From the NCBI GenBank assembly GCA_009602735.1, contig WELA01003142.1:1-40461 (forward strand): 40,461 nucleotides of DNA. The letters are read 5' to 3'. The stretch is from Mesotaenium endlicherianum. Lineage: Eukaryota. The position numbers were made by a program, and so were the translations under genes. This document shows positions 22,008 to 32,839 of this stretch, one piece after another. Every line of letters starts with the position of its first letter. The first letter of the stretch is position 1. Under the pieces are notes generated by a model. It was not told the DNA's origin and did no database searches. It saw only the letters and a list, made by a program, of their open reading frames with translations.

Positions 22008-23688
22008 CATGTGTGTGCGTGTGTATCTGATATGATGCAGTGACGGCTGACGAGTACGAAGAGCATAAGGTGGGGTAACGACTCTCACCTCCTGCACCTA
22101 TCTTCCTCCCCAACCGTGTGCATATGAGCGCCGCATCAATGCCACCTGTTGCTAACTTGCTCAGAAGCTAGGCCATAGGAGTGGCAGCAGCAGCAGCTGT
22201 TGTCCACCCGGCAGAATACAATGGCAGGAGACTGGGGCAAAGAGCACGTCCACAAGGATTGGACACAGATGACTAGACAGGAAGATTGGAGCGCGCCAAT
22301 ACTTGTCAAAACTTGTGTGTCGCAGGGGTGGGGCTCTAGGCAGCGGGGCTCTGTACGGGAAGGGTATCAGGGTGGGGGTTGGCGACTGCGGCAGCAGAAC
22401 TCGCCAGCTGGCGCTGCTGACAGTGGGGCGCAAGAGAGAGAGAGAGAGCCGCTTGTGTGCAGCATGTGCTGGGAGGAGCCGCCGCCCGCAGGGCGCTGCA
22501 TTTCTTTTCCGAGTCGGAGCGCGTCAGAGCAGGCACGTCCGCTTGCCCGCTTGCCTTCTTACCCGCCTCTCCGCTACATGCGCATTGCCCTATGTGCCTC
22601 GTCCAGCTATAAGTGCCTTCGGGACAGTAGTGGTGGCTCCACAATGCCCAGGCCTTCCCCATCCTCGCCCCCCACCTCTCCCCCCCGATCCCTTCTCTCA
22701 TCGTCAGTTCGTTCTTCTGTATGTGTGTATATGTGTGTGTGTTTTTTTTTTCTTTGTGCACGTGTGTGCGTGTGTGCCTATGTGTGCACTCGCACAAGCT
22801 CACGTGTTTGTGCGTCTCTATTACTAGCCCCGCTTTCAAAGTTCATCATGCCACTTCCTTTCCAATCCAACCAGATGCGCTTACGATTGGGTTTTGCTGC
22901 CCTGCAAGGGGGAAGGGCTGCAGTGGTGTGGGTGGGGCACCCCACTCCCACGCCCTTATACGCACACCAGATCAGGTTCCATCTCTGATGGGCACAGGAG
23001 AGACCGAATGCACAATCGCTGAGTCGCCTGCAGCGAGTGAGTGGGAGTGGGGTGCAGGTGTGGAGGCCTGGAGAGCGGGCGACCTGCCTCTGTTTGGGCG
23101 CCTCATGACAGAATCAGGCGACAGCTCCATCCACAACTATGAGTGCGGTACTCCTCTAAGCTCTCTCACACGCAGTTCTCACAGAAGAACATACATCTGA
23201 GGGGTTGCTGGGGCCCCTCCTCATCTGGGCAGCTAGATGTGAGACTCGCGCCTGGGCTGGGCCACGCTTGCCTTAAACCCTCAAGTGGGCATGCGGTCCT
23301 CGACTCAGATCGTTTATCTGGACTTCCCTGTGCCTCTCGCACAAGCGTCGTATCCTTCTCCTCCGTTGCCTGGAAGTCCTGCAGGAGCGGCTGTGGCAGG
23401 GAGGGCTCATCATGCGTGTAATTGATTCTCTCTGCAGGTACCCCTGTGCTTATCCAGCTGAGGAGCATTCTCCTCGGGACACCTGGCATTTTTGGAGCTC
23501 GGTTTTGTGGAGCGGGTTTTCGGGGCTGCTGCGTGGCCTTGGTAGAGGCCGGGCGAGCTAGTGCAGCTGCAGCCATGGTTGAGCAGGCATACCGCCAGGT
23601 GCAGCCAGAGCTTGTTGGTGGCATGGCCCACGGGCAGTGTGTGCTTCTGTGCGACTCCACAGATGCCGCCTGCCTGATGCCCTCTTGA
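14366..23688 (+). CDS. GALAK: Galacturonokinase (GHMP kinase); exons 14366-14479, 15271-15342, 15897-15940, 16407-16632, 16904-16969, 19748-19827, 20013-20112, 20733-20935, 21646-21686, 22041-22069, 22463-22532, 23058-23147, 23438-23688; start exon uncertain (candidate 14296-14316)
   Basis: Thirteen phase-compatible exons give PYRICPLGAHIDHQGG, WGAYARGAV, GSGISSSAAVGVAYLLALE, GLSNGVLD, LAFSGLRHAL..PGY..RV.EC, RA.HFFSE..RV, SSIHNYECG and GARFCGAGFRGCC, collinear with plant galacturonokinase. One intron is GC-AG. Confidence 0.93.
14636..14686. repeat. (AT)/(AC)-type imperfect microsatellite in a GALAK intron
   Basis: Alternating TA/CA run visible directly. Confidence 0.8.
17043..17770. other. 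Assembly gap (N run) inside a GALAK intron
   Basis: Run of N flanked by a C-rich tract and (CTG)n. Confidence 1.
17771..18050. repeat. (CTG)n and (CTGCTC)n simple repeats
   Basis: (CTG)11 at 17771-17803 and mixed CTG/CTGCTC repeats at ~17910-18010. Confidence 0.9.
18124..18900 (-). pseudogene. Possible decayed spliced gene or transposase relic, antisense within the GALAK intron
   Basis: Minus-strand GT-AG introns 18733-18633 and 18379-18298 join phase-compatible open exons (..PKLAG/VTLEGYK..HHCRCIFH..EHQ/WCL). The third exon contains several TAG stops. Outer boundaries are approximate. Confidence 0.3.
21971..22000. repeat. (GT)15 microsatellite near a GALAK 3' splice site
   Basis: Direct observation. 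Confidence 0.95.
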
Positions 23689-24257
23689 TACCACTTTTGT
23701 TGCCCTCTCTGGTCTTCTCTCACACACTTTCAAATGTCTCTTCTGGAAAGTGTAGACGTTTCTTATCAGATATGATAAATCATCAATTATATAAGGACAG
23801 TATGAATGAATGTAACTTTTTATCATCCAAGAAAATGTTTTCTTTGTGCATATATCTTTGAACAAAAAAGGGCATGATGTAATTCAAACCTACCCTTATT
23901 TCTCTTGTTAGAGACTGCTACAAAGAAACTGTATATTGCACATGAGTGTCCTTGAGCATAGCCATTGTTTCTAAATCAACTGCGCAGCAGAGCAGCTATT
24001 CATATCAGATCGTATCAAGTTGTTTCCCATATAGATGCAACATGTCCCTATACAAATGCAACGAGTTGTTCCATGCGAGATCACCAGGCTTATCTATTAG
24101 TTGTTTGAGGTATTTGGCGGTTGAAGACCAGTCCCTTAAGTGTTGCTTGGATTATCAGCCTCATGCAGCCTGCCTGCACGTCAACACCAATTAAAGCCTA
24201 GCTTAAAGCAGCAGCGGGCTCCTGTTGAATGCGAGTAGGGCAGCGGCTGAGAGAAAA

Positions 24258-26934
24258 TCAGGAGGAGGCCCGAGTCTCTTGCGGGGCTTCTTTAAGCTGC
24301 CCAACGTCAGAGGTGCCGAGATACTCCTTGGTGACAACCATGCGCTTCATCTCCTGGATGGCCTTCCCAGGGTTGAGGTGCTTGGGGCAGGCTTTTGCGC
24401 AGTTGAAGATCGTGTGGCACCGGAACATCTTCTGCCCCGACAGGTTCTCCAGACGCTCCCTCGTGTACTGGTCCCGGCTGCAGGGGGGCATGCACACGCG
24501 CCAGTCATGTACCAATCACGCAGGCACCCGGAGGTGTCGTTGGGCTTGCGACGGGGGGTCATTAATACATGTGCTATGTTAAGGTTAATCAACTCGAGAC
24601 AACATTTGGCCTGCATATTCTTGAAGCGGTGAACGTGTACAGGCAAAGTAGTTGTAGCGATATCAGACAATTTTGCTAACAATCACACACTAACCTTTAC
24701 AGCACTCCCCATTCACAACCTGGGGCGGGGTTTCTGGTCTCCTGTTTCAGCCTCTACACTGACAAAGCAAATACGAGGGGATAAATTACCAGACTGATTT
24801 AAGTGTACCTACCACTGCCTGCCGGCTACTAGCCAGCAGCGTGCCTAAGCTGGTGAAAGCATATGAGGTTGTTTTCGACAAAAGCTGTTTGACGAATGAG
24901 CATCACTGTTTGCGTAAGTGGCACAAGCTTGTGACTCAATCAAGACTTGAAGGACCAATATCTTGATAATCATTGGAGACAACATAGGGGAATGTGACAT
25001 CTTCTTTTAGTGTTATTTATATTGATCATTTTAATGGGTCAAATGCTGATTGCAATCCTGCGTGACGACAGCTGACGTCTATCTTAAAAGCGTCAATATA
25101 ACTTGAACTTGATACAGAAATAATCAGAACCACTTCCCGATCTTGATTGCCCTAAACACACATGCCAATAGCGGATACAACGTCGAAGCCTCTGCGATGT
25201 GACGTCCACAAAGCGGCACACTTTGAACTTCGTGATTGCCCCAGTTTTTGTAACGTGCCTTACGACAAAATAGTGCAAATTGCAACTGGCAGCTGAGGTG
25301 GAAACACAAGCAAGAATAAGCAAACCCTTTCTTTTGGGGGGGGGGAGGGGGGAGACTGCATGGTGAGCTTGTGGCAAGAACACACCTGTCCCTGACCCAG
25401 CGGTTGGCGTTGATAAGGACAGCTGGCGACAGGAATCGCTCGGAGTTCCACCAGTACTCAGGGCAGGCTGTGCTGCAGCAGAAGCAGAGGATGCACTCGT
25501 AGCGCCCGTTCAGCTTGGCCCTGTCGCGCGGAGACTGCCGGAACTCCCGCCCGTCCTTGGGCACTGTGTCCGTCTTCAGCCATGGCTCAATGGACCTGCA
25601 AGAGAGGGATTTACAAACGCTTCATGGGGTCATTGTAGGCTGTTAAGATTATATATCCGAACATCTCTATCTCCTTGTCTTCCTGATACCTATTTACCCG
25701 TAATTCACATCTTACCATTAACTACCAAGCTCCATCTTACACTCTCGATGTACCCCTTCCCTTCAACAGTTACACTTCACCCATCCGGTGTAAGTTCTGA
25801 TGCCCGCTGATGCCCTTAAAAGCCGCTATATGCATGATTTGCGTGCAACTAGGACAACAGGCTTACGTGCTGCTGCTTGGAGGGAGAAGAAAGTGCACCA
25901 GCTGGCTTACTTGTACTGCTGGTACAGCTGGCTGAGGTCAACCACGAGGTCTTTTATGACAAACATGTGAGGCAGCGGCGTGATGGTCGTCACGTGCCCC
26001 CTTGTGTGGTTGACAGGTGTCAAGCAGGCCAGGCCATTCTGGCCGTCGATGTTCATGCTGCACGAGCCGCAGATGCCCTCCCGGCAGGACCTACGGTAGG
26101 TGACGGTCGGGTCTAGCTCGTTCTTGATCTTGCCCAACACATCCAGCACCTGCGAGCTTGCATGCAAGCATGCTCATGCATCAGCAAGAACGTAAGCAGA
26201 AATTCACAACTCAAAGGACGGGTGAAGTTGCAAGACGCACCAAAAAGGTTCATCTGCAATCATTCAAGCACATTTGCTGATGGATACGTTTAGCAAGGAT
26301 GAATGTTTAAATTATTTAGCCAGTTGCTGACTTCTAGTAATGACAAGCAAGTTGGCATGTACCTCCTGTATGTCTGAATGCAGTTTGACTACACTTGGTC
26401 AAATTGTCCTAGCCCCGTCCAAACATTAATACATGCATGCAAGATTGTACATCATCTTGAGCTTAGTTAGCAGAGCTACGGCTTTAAATGCTAAGTACCA
26501 TGCGAGCCTTATTTCAGTTCGACTTGGGCGTTTTCCCCCTTATTTCTGCCTTACACTCTCCTGAGGCCAGCATGCGCTATACTCACCATGGGGCCACACT
26601 CAGAAACGTTGACCCGGTACAACTGCATCTTGGGCTTTTCGTTCTTGTCAGGTGACCACCGATAGAGACTAAACTCGTTCCATATGGGGACCTTGGGAGT
26701 CACAGAGGAATCTGCTGTGTACTTGTTTGTGGCATCAGCAGAACTGCTCATTGATGCGGATTGTCTGCCAGAGAAATGAAGTGAATGATTCTCACCCTCT
26801 GTACCCCGACATAGCAATTGATTCAAATTAGCGCTCGAATTCAAGAAACTGCTTGAGGAAGGGCCGCCAAGACTATAGTTGCCAGGGAAGCCATGAGAAG
26901 CATGGGTGATCAATCTTTGCCGGAGAAGACCCAT
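24258..26934 (-). CDS. SDH2: Mitochondrial succinate dehydrogenase iron-sulfur subunit (338 aa); exons 26934-26587, 26149-25911, 25595-25386, 24477-24258
   Basis: Motifs [64 protein letters not shown] and [26 protein letters not shown] introns are phase-compatible. The N-terminus is R/S-rich and presequence-like. Confidence 0.96.
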
Positions 26935-28339
26935 CTGCCCCAGCGTCAGCTTAACTTCTCTTATAAAAGACCAGCGAAGAGATAACCAGAGCCTTACTAT
27001 ACGCTGTACAAAACTACCTCGTTAACAAGAATCATATGGAATAAAGAGAACTATATATAAAAGATTAATGAACGCCTTCGCGTCTATAACACCTCCGAGA
27101 CATGTTATGTCGTAAAGTCTGCTCCTTTACTGACAGTCAACATTTACTCAGAATTGTGAACATGCAGAAAACCAGCAATGCGCATACAGCACATTTGGCA
27201 GCAGACTTCGTTGCCAGTACATGGTTCTTGGATACCTTTTTCCTTCAGGAACTGCCAAGTGAGCACTTCCCTGGAGTCTCGGTTTTGAGGTCCACGTGGA
27301 CTGAATTTATGTAAAACATGAGAGAGGTCAACGTTAGTGTAACCTTGACACCGCGAAAGGTGGTGTCGCTTCTCTTGTTTTAGTTCAGAGGCCATAAAGA
27401 GGTGTACTTGAATAATTGGGAGTAAAGTTAACTTAAAACTTGGCCGGACAGTTGTTTTTGCCTCAAACTTCACTTAAAGTAGTCTGCCGTTAGGTGTTTT
27501 TTCAAACTTTACTCATACAGCGTACTTTTTCCTTCGGTTAGGTTTTGGGGCATTAGAGCATTCACGTCATCAGACTTAGTCTTAACCCGCATGGAGGTCA
27601 GTATAATGTTCTTCAATGTTCTTCAATGTTCAAGACTTCACAACACACAAATTGCAGTTTCAAGAAGGTAACATTTTTTTGTCTTACTAAGACTTTGTTT
27701 CCAATTTCTTGTCTTCTTTCCCCCCAAACCCGTGCAATCACCTTCAATGTCTTAAATTCCACCTCCAAAGTCTTAAATAGACAGAACATAAAACTTATTA
27801 CTTGAACTCAGATCTTTAGTCCGTGCTGGTCAATTGGCTGCCCTGCAAACTTGGTCATGAAAACAAATGTATGAGTAAATTATGAAATAACTAGCACTCA
27901 AAGTACATGTATGAACTAGACTAGAGGTGACGAGAACCATGTACAAGTTCTAAATCCTTTTCTCATTGCAACCCAACTATTGATCCTATTCTACATTTTT
28001 CTTACTGAAATGAACATCACCTTAATTGTTGGCCCTCACATGTCGTGTCTTGACTTCTGAACATTCTTTCTTGAGATGGTGGGTGAAATCTAAATTGCTT
28101 GCAATGAGATCTCACATTTACATTGAATTGGCATCATAACTTTAAGAATGGCATGCTTACGCATGCTCCATAATAATGCCAAAGAATTGACATTTTAGTC
28201 CATCACGTTATGCACAGGCGGCAAATAAATACGCCAGGTAATTTAGTATGAGGCATAGCTTGGAGACACTTTTTGAGATTGCAAATTCATGTACTTCATA
28301 TATTTATTGCCCTAAACACAACTACCTGGTGCCTTACAT

Positions 28340-29080
28340 CGCTTTTCCATTACAAGCGACTTTGAAGATCGAGGAAGTGAAAACTCGATTTCTAGGACAG
28401 AAAACTACGTCATGCTAGTCACCCAGGTGTTTTGTCTCGAGAACTTTGGAAAACCGTGACCATCTTCAGCAGCAAAACTTGCAATAGGAAAGCGCTCAGG
28501 CGTGTCCCACTCCACAACCTCAAATCTTTCCAAGAATTAAGCTTCTCACTTGCATCGACTCTCTGTGGGCAATGCAAAAAAAACTATACTTGTGATGTCA
28601 CGGTGGGTGTAAGACACGTAGCGAATGTGGAAGAAGGAAAAGGAGCGCCCTTGAACTTGCCAAAAATGGGCTGGAACCTTGAAGAAACGAACTGTTGCCG
28701 CACGCGTGAAAATACTGAAAAAGTACCAATCCATGTCAAGGATTATGAAGAAATTGAGGAGATTCCGGAAAACACCATGGTTTGAGTGGAATCTTCCTTT
28801 TCGTGTTCTGAAGGCTTGAGGGTGGAAAGATTCCGGTAAAATTTAAAACTAACGTGCGTAATTTGCGCAAAGCACTGTAGCATGACGGTAATAGTGCATC
28901 GTCGTTCCCATAATCACAAAACCCCGCCCAAAATCAAGCCCATAACGTTGACGACTTGAAAAAGGATGAAGGGGCGATAGAGAGCCGTCGATTTTGAGAT
29001 TACCTTCGTGGTAAGGTTTTGACGTCGAGTTTCGCAAGTTTTCTTCGACTTTTCTACGATTTCGCTGTAATGGAAAAGCG
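28340..29080. repeat. Degenerate inverted-repeat element (old MITE/foldback relic)
   Basis: Perfect 15-bp inverted repeat CGCTTTTCCATTACA (28340-28354) / TGTAATGGAAAAGCG (29066-29080), plus nested shorter matches (AAACTCGA; CGTCATGCTA 28408-28417 / 28878-28887). No TSD identified. Confidence 0.4.
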
Positions 29081-30827
29081 CCGTTAGAAGCCGTGGAATG
29101 TAGAGTTAAGCGCACGCTTATAAGAGGGCAAGGTGAATACCTACTATAGTAAAACAGATAGATAAAGTACTTAGTAAAATAGAATACTTCATTTATTCAA
29201 GACAAGGATCTTTGAATACAAGTGGTAGCTTCTTGAAAACAGATGGCTTCTCGAAAGTGATCATATTTTTGGAATTTTGCAAGTACAAGAGTGATTCTAG
29301 AATGCCTATCTATGTTCTAGCTCTTGTTTATATACTTGTTACGTCATAAGTAATTTCTAGGAAAGTGCATGTTGATGTGTTGGCACCAACACATCCCAAA
29401 ACTTGCCACCTCTTTCTAGAATAATGTACACATGTCCTTTTGACCTAAAAATGGCATATTTGACTTTTGCCACATGGAGTTCTACTAGGTCCTTCCTCTA
29501 AATTCGAGAATGCCTTGGAAGGTTCAAAGGACATAAACCAAGTCACTAGAGTATCTATTCGCACTTGAATCCTCACAAAACCTCTCTAAAATATTCAAAA
29601 AACAGTAAAATTAAAACAAACTAATTATTCCTACCTCATATCACTACACCTACCTCTTGAAGCACCCTGGTAACTTACAAGCCAAGGAGAATCAAGAATG
29701 AATAGGACCCTCTATTTATTGTGAGTGAAAATGCATCTGCAATGAAGTGTTTGAGATTCGGATAATTTACCACCCTTTGATGTAGAACTTCTCGTATTTT
29801 GAGATAATTGATGTTACATGGTGAGCAATGGGCGGCACTATGGAAGCTATACTCGTATGCTCTAAGGCATAGCGTCAAGTGGCTAAATATTTCCAAGTTT
29901 GATGCAAAAAAACCTACCTGATTTATCGTCCTTGTATAAAACAACCATCATAAAGTTCCCAACAAACAATTGTGGTAGGCAAGCTCCTGGAAACGATGCA
30001 AAACTTCATGCAAGCACTGTCCATGCTTTGCATGAGCCCACACGTTTGTAAGCACACTCGATTGCCACATTACATTGTGTGCAGCAGGGATACGGACTTG
30101 CTAAGAACACCTGCCCCACCTACTTTGAATGCTCTAGGGTTACTAACAAGAAAAACTATTTAACCGTGAGCATCCACATCCATGGGCGACATAATATGAA
30201 CGAAGCAAAGCACTTACAACGGCATGAATCTATAGCGACAGCGTGGCATAAGTCAGGCTCGAGTGGAGACCTGCTCAGTGACCATCTGAATGGCCATGCA
30301 CAATGTTTACTTGGATGCCTAGACTTTGTAAGTGGTCTACAATGTCCTAAAAATAAGCACCCCTATCGTCACCACGCTCCAGACACTGGCCAATACGCGA
30401 AATTCTATACCTCTGTCCTAGGTTCAGGCAAATCGCCAACTAAAATGAGAACAACCAAGGCATAAATATGAATATCAGCACCTCTGAATGTTGTCATCAA
30501 GATGGTATGACCAACTTTTATGCCCCGCAAACCTAAACTCTTCCAACTGTTGTATCAAATACTTGATCGAGAGTAAGCAGCTTTATTCCTTCGTACTGCC
30601 CTCTATCATGTTCTCAGTTGGAGAACGTAAATGAAAAATGTGAGCAAGGTTATGTCTCCGGCAGTGTGGGCGGAAGGAGGAACCGAGAGAGGGAGAAAAA
30701 CAGAGCCCACTGCAATGGCAAGTGTCGACAAGTGGGCAAGCGCTCCACTCTTTGACAGTGTGGAGGGTGCACCAGGCATGCCAAGTATGAGAGCTACAGC
30801 AGTCGCCAAGACAGCCAGTGGTGACTC

Positions 30828-32798
30828 CTACGAGCACCCTGCGAGGGCAGAGAGGGCCAGCCCGAGCAGGACCACAAATGGCACAGACGCCATCTGCCTG
30901 GCGGTCGCAGCGGAGCCAGGCGTGGAGCCCACGACCGACGTCGAATTGGGTGCCCCAACAAAGTCCCCACCTGGCGGTGGTGGTGACGCCGCTGTCGAGG
31001 GGGCACTGGCAACAGGTGGCAACACCACAGAAGAGCTCGCGTTGCTTGGAGGAGGCGGCACATCTGCGGCGTCGGATGCCACAGGTGGCGGCACAGCAGG
31101 CCGCGGCGGAGGCTGAGCACCACCAGTTTGGCCAGCTGGCGGCACGGGGGCTTTTGGCGCAGGAGGAGAAGGAGGCGGAGGAGAAGGAGGCAGAGGAGAA
31201 GGAGGCCGAGGAGAAGGAGGGGGAGGAGGAGAAGCAGCAATCGAGGCTGGAGGGCTCTTCCCAGTGCTGCTGACAGCAGGGGGAGGCGAGAGCGGCCGAG
31301 GCAAGACCAGGGGGGGTGGCGAGCTAGCAAGCTCCCGAGGGGGGGGGCTGGCGTGGGGGGGCGGCTGGCTATGATGCGGGGGTGGCGGGGGAGGAGCGCC
31401 AGGTGGCAGGGCCTGGAGCTGCGGGAGGGGGGGGGGCTTGACACCTGGAGCAATGACTGTGGGCGGCTTTGGAACTGGCGAGGGGCTCTCCGTGAAGCCG
31501 GCAGATGGCGGCAGGGGATAACGCAGCAGCCTGGCAGTGGGCAGGGGCCCCAGCCAGGCGGAGGCTGCCATGAAACGGTAGCTGAGGAAGGGCAGTGCCT
31601 GCTGCCTCGTGAGCGTGGAGCTCCAGGGCACGCGCTGCGCTGCGTGCAGGCCTGGCCCCCAGCACAAATACTGCAGCACCCTCCCCCCCCACATACGCAC
31701 AGGCATGCACACAGAGCATCAGCATCAGTATCAGCAGCAGCAGCAGCAGCAGCACACAGCAAGCAGCACACACAGGCACAGACACAGACTCTGGATAGAG
31801 CATGCACGGACGGACATGCACGCGCACACGCACAAAGGCACGCCAGCAGGCACACGCATATGGCAGAAACTTCAGCTCAGCAGAAATGCGGCACCTCTTC
31901 ACTTTGCCACTCGTGCAAGCACTCATCCAACAACGGGCTCGCAGCATCACTTGCATCCTCGGGCTGGCTGCGGCCCCTCTTCCTCTTCTCTCACTGCTTG
32001 TGGAGGAGAAAAGCCACAGCCCATTAGCAACCAGACATGAGGGCTGCCTGCACGCTCGTGACTTGTGCCAACCCCTCCGGCGGCATGGAGGATGTCCATA
32101 GCAGGGCAGGGCGGGGGTGTAGAGGTAGGGACAGAGGGGTCTCTTGGGGGTGCCACAATCCTCGCTGTCCTCTGCCCCTGGTTGCTTCGGTGAGACAGTC
32201 AGCATGCATGCAACAGTAACCCGGCGGGGAGCGGGGAGGGCAGTCAACAGGCCACAGAGGTGTGGGGCAAGGAGGAGATGGCATGCGTGTGCAAGCATGC
32301 ACGCACGCAAGAACGCACCTGGGAAAAGGAGGCGGTGTTCTCGCGCGCAGGTTCGCCCCAGTTGTCCCACCCCTGGGGCAGGATGCTGGTGTCGAAGAAG
32401 GAGTAGGCAAACACCACACGCGCGTACACCCCCCAAGCGCGCCCCAGCAGCACCTGCTCGGGACACACCAGCACAGCTTCAGTGCCTTGGCAAACTCAAA
32501 ATTTCTTCTACAACTGAAGACACAGAGGTCAGGTGCACGTGTGTAGCAGGGGGAGGCAGGTGGGAGCAGCCTGGGCGAACAAGGACTCGGGCACACACAC
32601 GCGCGTGCACATGCGCACAAACACTCGTACACAGAGAGAGAGGAAGAGAGAGAGGAGAGAGGGTTGGGGGGGGGGGGGGGGNNNNNNNNNNNNNNNNNNN
32701 NNNNNNNNNNNNNNNNNNNNNNNNNNNNNNNNNNNNNNNNNNNNNNNNNNNNNNNNNNNNNNNNNNNNNNNNNNNNNNNNNNNNNNNNNNNNNNNNNN

Positions 32799-32839
<41 letters not shown>

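Noticed and set aside
14869..23200. Dozens of overlapping ORF-track entries in GALAK introns, including those spanning the N gap
   Set aside because: Explained by GC-rich low-complexity intron sequence or by Ns; real coding parts are accounted for by the exon model.
28432..28785. 117-aa ORF upstream of SDH2
   Set aside because: Non-ATG start, no motif, and it lies inside the degenerate inverted-repeat relic.
30631..32466. Long alternative ORFs (353, 299, 365 aa) over the PME last exon
   Set aside because: Shadow frames of the Pro-rich exon and the adjacent GC-rich intron.
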